A stretch of DNA of 29,918 nucleotides from Fibrobacteria bacterium. GTDB lineage: Bacteria > Fibrobacterota > Fibrobacteria > UBA11236. The notes beneath the pieces were generated by a model, which worked only from the letters and a program-made list of their open reading frames with translations, was not told where the DNA came from and made no database searches. A program made the position numbers and the translations under genes. The stretch spans positions 1 to 29,918 of the forward strand of contig JBJHDK010000028.1 of the NCBI GenBank assembly GCA_050486505.1, in the 5' to 3' direction. This document shows, piece after piece, positions 26,901 to 29,918 of the stretch (position 1 is its first letter; each line of letters opens with the position of its first letter).

Positions 26901-29900
26901 ACCGAAGGCAACAACCGCGGTAGCCAGGGCGTCGCCTACGATACCGAGGACATCAACCGCAACGGCGTGCTCGACACCCTGAACCGGTACATCCGCTATG
27001 CCATGCCGCTCGACTCGGCATGCACGGCACGCTTCCACTGCGAGGAATTACGCAACGGGTGGCGGCGTTACCGAATCCCCCTGTACGGGTCGGGATACGT
27101 CATCGACCCCAGCAACACGGAGACGGAACAGACGCTGCTCGCCAACGGCCAGTTCATCAGAATGTGGATCGGACGCCTCCCCCCCCGGGTGGCCCGCACC
27201 AACGTGCAGCTGGCGCGCGTCAACATCGTGGGCAACAGCTGGGAAGAGGGACAGCGGAATACGCAGTACGAGGTTCCCGGAAACGTGTTCGGCAGCGGAG
27301 ACCTCGATTCGAACTTCATCCGCGTCCCTCCCTCCATCCGCGACAGCAACAGCCTGCGCGTCGACGTCATCAACCGGCAGGAAGACCGGGGGTACATCCA
27401 GTCGCCCAACACGCCTCGGGAACGCGACAGCAGGACAGGGGAGCCCCTGCCCGAACGCGCCCTTGTCTTGCGCTACGAGAACCTCCATCCAGGGGAAATC
27501 GTGCATGCCACGCGGATCCTTTCGGGAGACGCGAAGGATTTCACGCGCTACGACCGGCTCAGCCTCGAGGTGCACGGGGATTCCGCGGCCGTGCCGGGAG
27601 GGCTCCTCAACAACCAGGGACGGGTCAGTTTCGGCCTCCAGCTCGGACGGGATCAGGGCAACCGCGAATCGCGCGACTTTTACGAGATCCGGATTCCCAT
27701 GGACACGACGGCCGAACTCGATCCGGAACACCGCCAACTCTGGGAGCGCAACTCGTTCACCGTCCGCCTCTCCGATCTGACCGACCTGAAAAACGACCCG
27801 CGCTACCGCGCATTCACCGGGCGCGAAATCTCGCGTTCGGCCTGGCACGCGGGGCGGCGCGACTCATCCCTGACGCTTTCGGTGGTGGGCGACCCGAATC
27901 TCGGATCCATCGACTGGATGCGCCTGGTGATCTACGTGGATTCCGGTGCGGTGGAGAGACAAAAGGGCGAGATCTGGGTCAATGATCTTCGGCTCGAGGG
28001 CGTGGACCGCTCCTCGGGCACGGCCATCCGCAGCCAGATCCAGCTCGAATTCGCGGACTTCATCAACGTCTCGGGCAACCTGCAATACACCAACGGCAAC
28101 TTCACCACCATGAGCCAAACGCGCTCGACTCCCGCGAATTCGGTGACGAACATCGACTACAACACGAACATTTCCGTGTTCGCCAACAAGGTCTTCCCCG
28201 ATGACTGGGGGGTCAGCATTCCGATCACCCTGCAGTACCGCGGCGCGCTCGACCGTCCCTTCACACGGCCGTTCAGCGACATGCGCCTGGAGGGAACCGG
28301 ACTTTTCGACATCACGCGGGACCTTTTCGACGGGCGCCTTTCCTCGATCCACAATCCCGAGGACAGCCTGCAGGACATCGAGAACAGGTACGCCCGCGTA
28401 TACCAGACCACGACCTACGAGGAGCGGTTCTCGATCAGCTACCGCAAGGAGTTCCGGTCCGAGAGCTTCATCAACCGGACCCTTTTCGAGCGTCCCTCCC
28501 TCGAATACCGGTATGCGAGCACCGAGCGCACCGAATTCTACAGGGAATCGGAGTCGCGCGATTACAAGTACCGGATGAGTTATAACCTGTCCCCGCGCGC
28601 CCCGCCCGTTTTCGTGCCGCTCGAAGCGCTCGGATTCCTTCCCGACGGCCTCGCGAACATCGAGTTCTCCCCGCTCCCAGACCGCGTCAACCTCGTGCTG
28701 GCCGATTATTCCTTCGTGCGCAGCCAGACCCTCAACAAGCCGCGCAACGAATTCGAGCCGGTGCAAAACCTTCCCGCGGACTACACCGTGGAACTTTCGC
28801 ACGGCTTCGATCTGGAATGGCGGCTTTTCTCCTTCCTGAACTTCGGGTACCGCATCAACGTCAACCGCGACTTCGACGCGGAACGCGAATGCTTCGGAGC
28901 AGGCAACTTCTTCGGATCGGGATGCGGAGGCCCCATGGCGGCGAGCCACATCTTCGCGCTTGACGGCCCCGCCCTCGGTCGCGGCGGGTACATCGGCCCC
29001 AACGGGGAATTCATCGACACGACGCGGTACGGCGACAGTTACGGCATTCTCGCGCGGGAGAGGAACCGGTCCCAAAGCTTCCATGCCGACTTCAACGCGT
29101 CCCCCCTTTCATGGCTGAGGACCGGTGCCGGGTTCAATTCAGGCTACCGGCACACATGGGTCAACACGCAGGAAGCCGGGTTCGGCGGCGGCGTGCGGCC
29201 GGGCCACTTCCGGGCGAACGCTGACCACGAAATCCGCCTGACGGGCGGCGTCGATCCGGGACAGCTTGCATCCGCGGCGTCATCGATCGGGCCGCTCGAG
29301 ACCCCTGCCCGCGCCGTGCGCGGGGTCATGGATCGCTACCGCGTCCGTAGCGTCGACCTCACCTACATCGTCTCGAACCGCTACAACAGCGAAGCGTTCA
29401 CCTACGCGCACCTCGCACGCAAGGGTGTCAACGCCACCAGCCTGCTTGCCTACCAGTTCGGATTCCTGTACAGCCTCGACAATCTCGGGACCATTTTCGA
29501 CGGCGTGCCCGACCCCACCTTCTTCGATTACCTCTCGGAGCCCGACCCCGCGCTCGGCCAGACGGAGATGAACCACGTGGTGAACCGCTCCGTCGACATG
29601 ATGAGCGGGTTCGCAGTGCCTCCGCTCAATCTCGACCTCACCGGAAACCTCAAGTACTCGAAGCAGTACACCCTCTATCGCGCTTTCCGCTCCTCCGATA
29701 CCACCATCGTCTGGCCCGAATACACCGTGACGGGAAACTTCAATAACTTCGCGCAAAAGGTCCCCCTCTTGCGCGACCAACTGCGCACCCTGACGGCATA
29801 CACGAACTACAACTACCGGGAAGAATCCCGCTTCAGCGCTTTTTCGCCCTCGCCCGACGTGGACCGGTTCGCGCATCGCCTGGCCCCGCTCATGCGCTTC

Positions 29901-29918
29901 ACGGGGACGACCAACGCC
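23949..29918 (+). CDS. sprA: SprA/Sov-like T9SS outer-membrane translocon (at least 1990 aa, 3'-truncated; not in the ORF track because it has no stop)
   Basis: TTG start after an in-frame stop at 23865, then a signal peptide. SprA-type motifs: LKLSYRGEGDELEDDIIQEIEIGNTSL...GLFGMK...GNLEITTIASQ, LRRGVDYEVIYETGQI, DTEDINRNGVLD, WRRYRIPL, GEIWVNDLRL. The same frame is coding at the window end (LAPLMRFTGTTNA). Confidence 0.85.
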   Translation, partial: MRILRLSELRAGRAAGHPCVLFALFLGAAVQANAPQYLPVPPVARPFSDLTPPAGMATPGGVLEVNSELLRRDVRANLETGRVEITEMLVLGEDTTIVWKAAPEISDYTSELNEQLLDRRWMLQVAGQQEPPPTGEFGTFVFDLPFRIPDWMRRIGVDHPRLTINGSYKLVTEGTRRSGSGVPHSSSWFPSLTLDQQPAFVVRGTIGRLISVEINSEEGFGNNMQDQLKLSYRGEGDELEDDIIQEIEIGNTSLSLSGTELTGYTEEHRGLFGMKMRMKIGNLEITTIASQEGSTQERQKFGAGTEAREFPLEDRAIDFYRHFWLTLSDREEYGNPASWDGSGPLYVDGARVRRPVEVFRLLTAGEEPVLTDSAQACAYNESVQPTVCVSGRWKTLVEGQDFSYDEELRMLSVPGGHREITLAVRWEGDHIQSEPNAPPRRDPTRKILIYSRSHQDHPDLDPLMWRNVYSIGRVTPQDRDNFRLSIVDNEGRESAPGDSITYVRRLGLERRDQRGRLDIDNRYVFKLEQGVLVLPCLSSGVGDGDPANCLTPMRRVRPQIRLYDATVEEIQSGPTASRFIVFGRQRQSSFDVRENTLAAGGQQCFDINPGTERIVLNGSTRLRRGVDYEVIYETGQISLLSARARDPNAEIDISYECDPPFQIQDKVLLGTRMEYKLDNISEQSLIGATVLFKSQTTTERQPELGYEPFNHLLMGMNTRLAGEPMWMTRLVNMFPFVHTEARSRANLEFEIAHSLYNPNTRNSAYIDNFNFSENVTTSPMHIYSWTKASPPVFGNDGRPEQTLDFRHQGQLVWHSSYTLPYAQIYGNTGNSYTNSREQNILRLQFQPNDNLLGNSWGGVMRAFPQGLSNHSRKRTLDVVVQGREGTLHIDLGRISEDISIPGINRGEPDGQLQSEVDERSGDFVNRRDAGLDGVLTGEGETGGRWECKPVCYWIPNPPDHPDPGLDNWCPPTPGATEEPACVNGTEGNNRGSQGVAYDTEDINRNGVLDTLNRYIRYAMPLDSACTARFHCEELRNGWRRYRIPLYGSGYVIDPSNTETEQTLLANGQFIRMWIGRLPPRVARTNVQLARVNIVGNSWEEGQRNTQYEVPGNVFGSGDLDSNFIRVPPSIRDSNSLRVDVINRQEDRGYIQSPNTPRERDSRTGEPLPERALVLRYENLHPGEIVHATRILSGDAKDFTRYDRLSLEVHGDSAAVPGGLLNNQGRVSFGLQLGRDQGNRESRDFYEIRIPMDTTAELDPEHRQLWERNSFTVRLSDLTDLKNDPRYRAFTGREISRSAWHAGRRDSSLTLSVVGDPNLGSIDWMRLVIYVDSGAVERQKGEIWVNDLRLEGVDRSSGTAIRSQIQLEFADFINVSGNLQYTNGNFTTMSQTRSTPANSVTNIDYNTNISVFANKVFPDDWGVSIPITLQYRGALDRPFTRPFSDMRLEGTGLFDITRDLFDGRLSSIHNPEDSLQDIENRYARVYQTTTYEERFSISYRKEFRSESFINRTLFERPSLEYRYASTERTEFYRESESRDYKYRMSYNLSPRAPPVFVPLEALGFLPDGLANIEFSPLPDRVNLVLADYSFVRSQTLNKPRNEFEPVQNLPADYTVELSHGFDLEWRLFSFLNFGYRINVNRDFDAERECFGAGNFFGSGCGGPMAASHIFALDGPALGRGGYIGPNGEFIDTTRYGDSYGILARERNRSQSFHADFNASPLSWLRTGAGFNSGYRHTWVNTQEAGFGGGVRPGHFRANADHEIRLTGGVDPGQLASAASSIGPLETPARAVRGVMDRYRVRSVDLTYIVSNRYNSEAFTYAHLARKGVNATSLLAYQFGFLYSLDNLGTIFDGVPDPTFFDYLSEPDPALGQTEMNHVVNRSVDMMSGFAVPPLNLDLTGNLKYSKQYTLYRAFRSSDTTIVWPEYTVTGNFNNFAQKVPLLRDQLRTLTAYTNYNYREESRFSAFSPSPDVDRFAHRLAPLMRFTGTTNA

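Noticed and set aside
24708..27038. 776-aa minus-strand ORF and other ORFs antisense to sprA
   Set aside because: Shadow frames of a GC3-biased gene. The plus-strand frame carries the SprA motifs.

Overview
This is a GC-rich bacterial window of core genes, most likely from the FCB superphylum. A Fibrobacterota-like lineage is my inference from gene content and order. In order it holds: a 5'-truncated clpC; an envelope operon bamA-skp-lpxD-lpxC-fabZ-lpxA; a minus-strand ABC-F/rsgA/membrane-protein operon; a DGGGP-synthase-like UbiA prenyltransferase; a minus-strand run of lolA, yajQ, a secreted FlgD-Ig/CTD protein and two PorV/PorQ-like barrels; a HEAT-repeat protein with a stand-alone MurC-like ligase; a 31-aa bS22-like ribosomal protein; recD2; map; and a 3'-truncated SprA/Sov-like T9SS translocon of at least 1990 aa. 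The bS22-like ORF and SprA are both absent from the ORF track. The main points of interest are a dispersed T9SS-like system, two inverted heptamer-array elements, two 24-bp GTAG-type REP-like palindromes translated inside genes, and a recurrent TAnnnT-N6-10-ATG architecture at operon heads that suggests leaderless mRNAs. I saw no rRNA, tRNA, CRISPR array or transposase. All family calls come from motif recognition by eye, not database searches.
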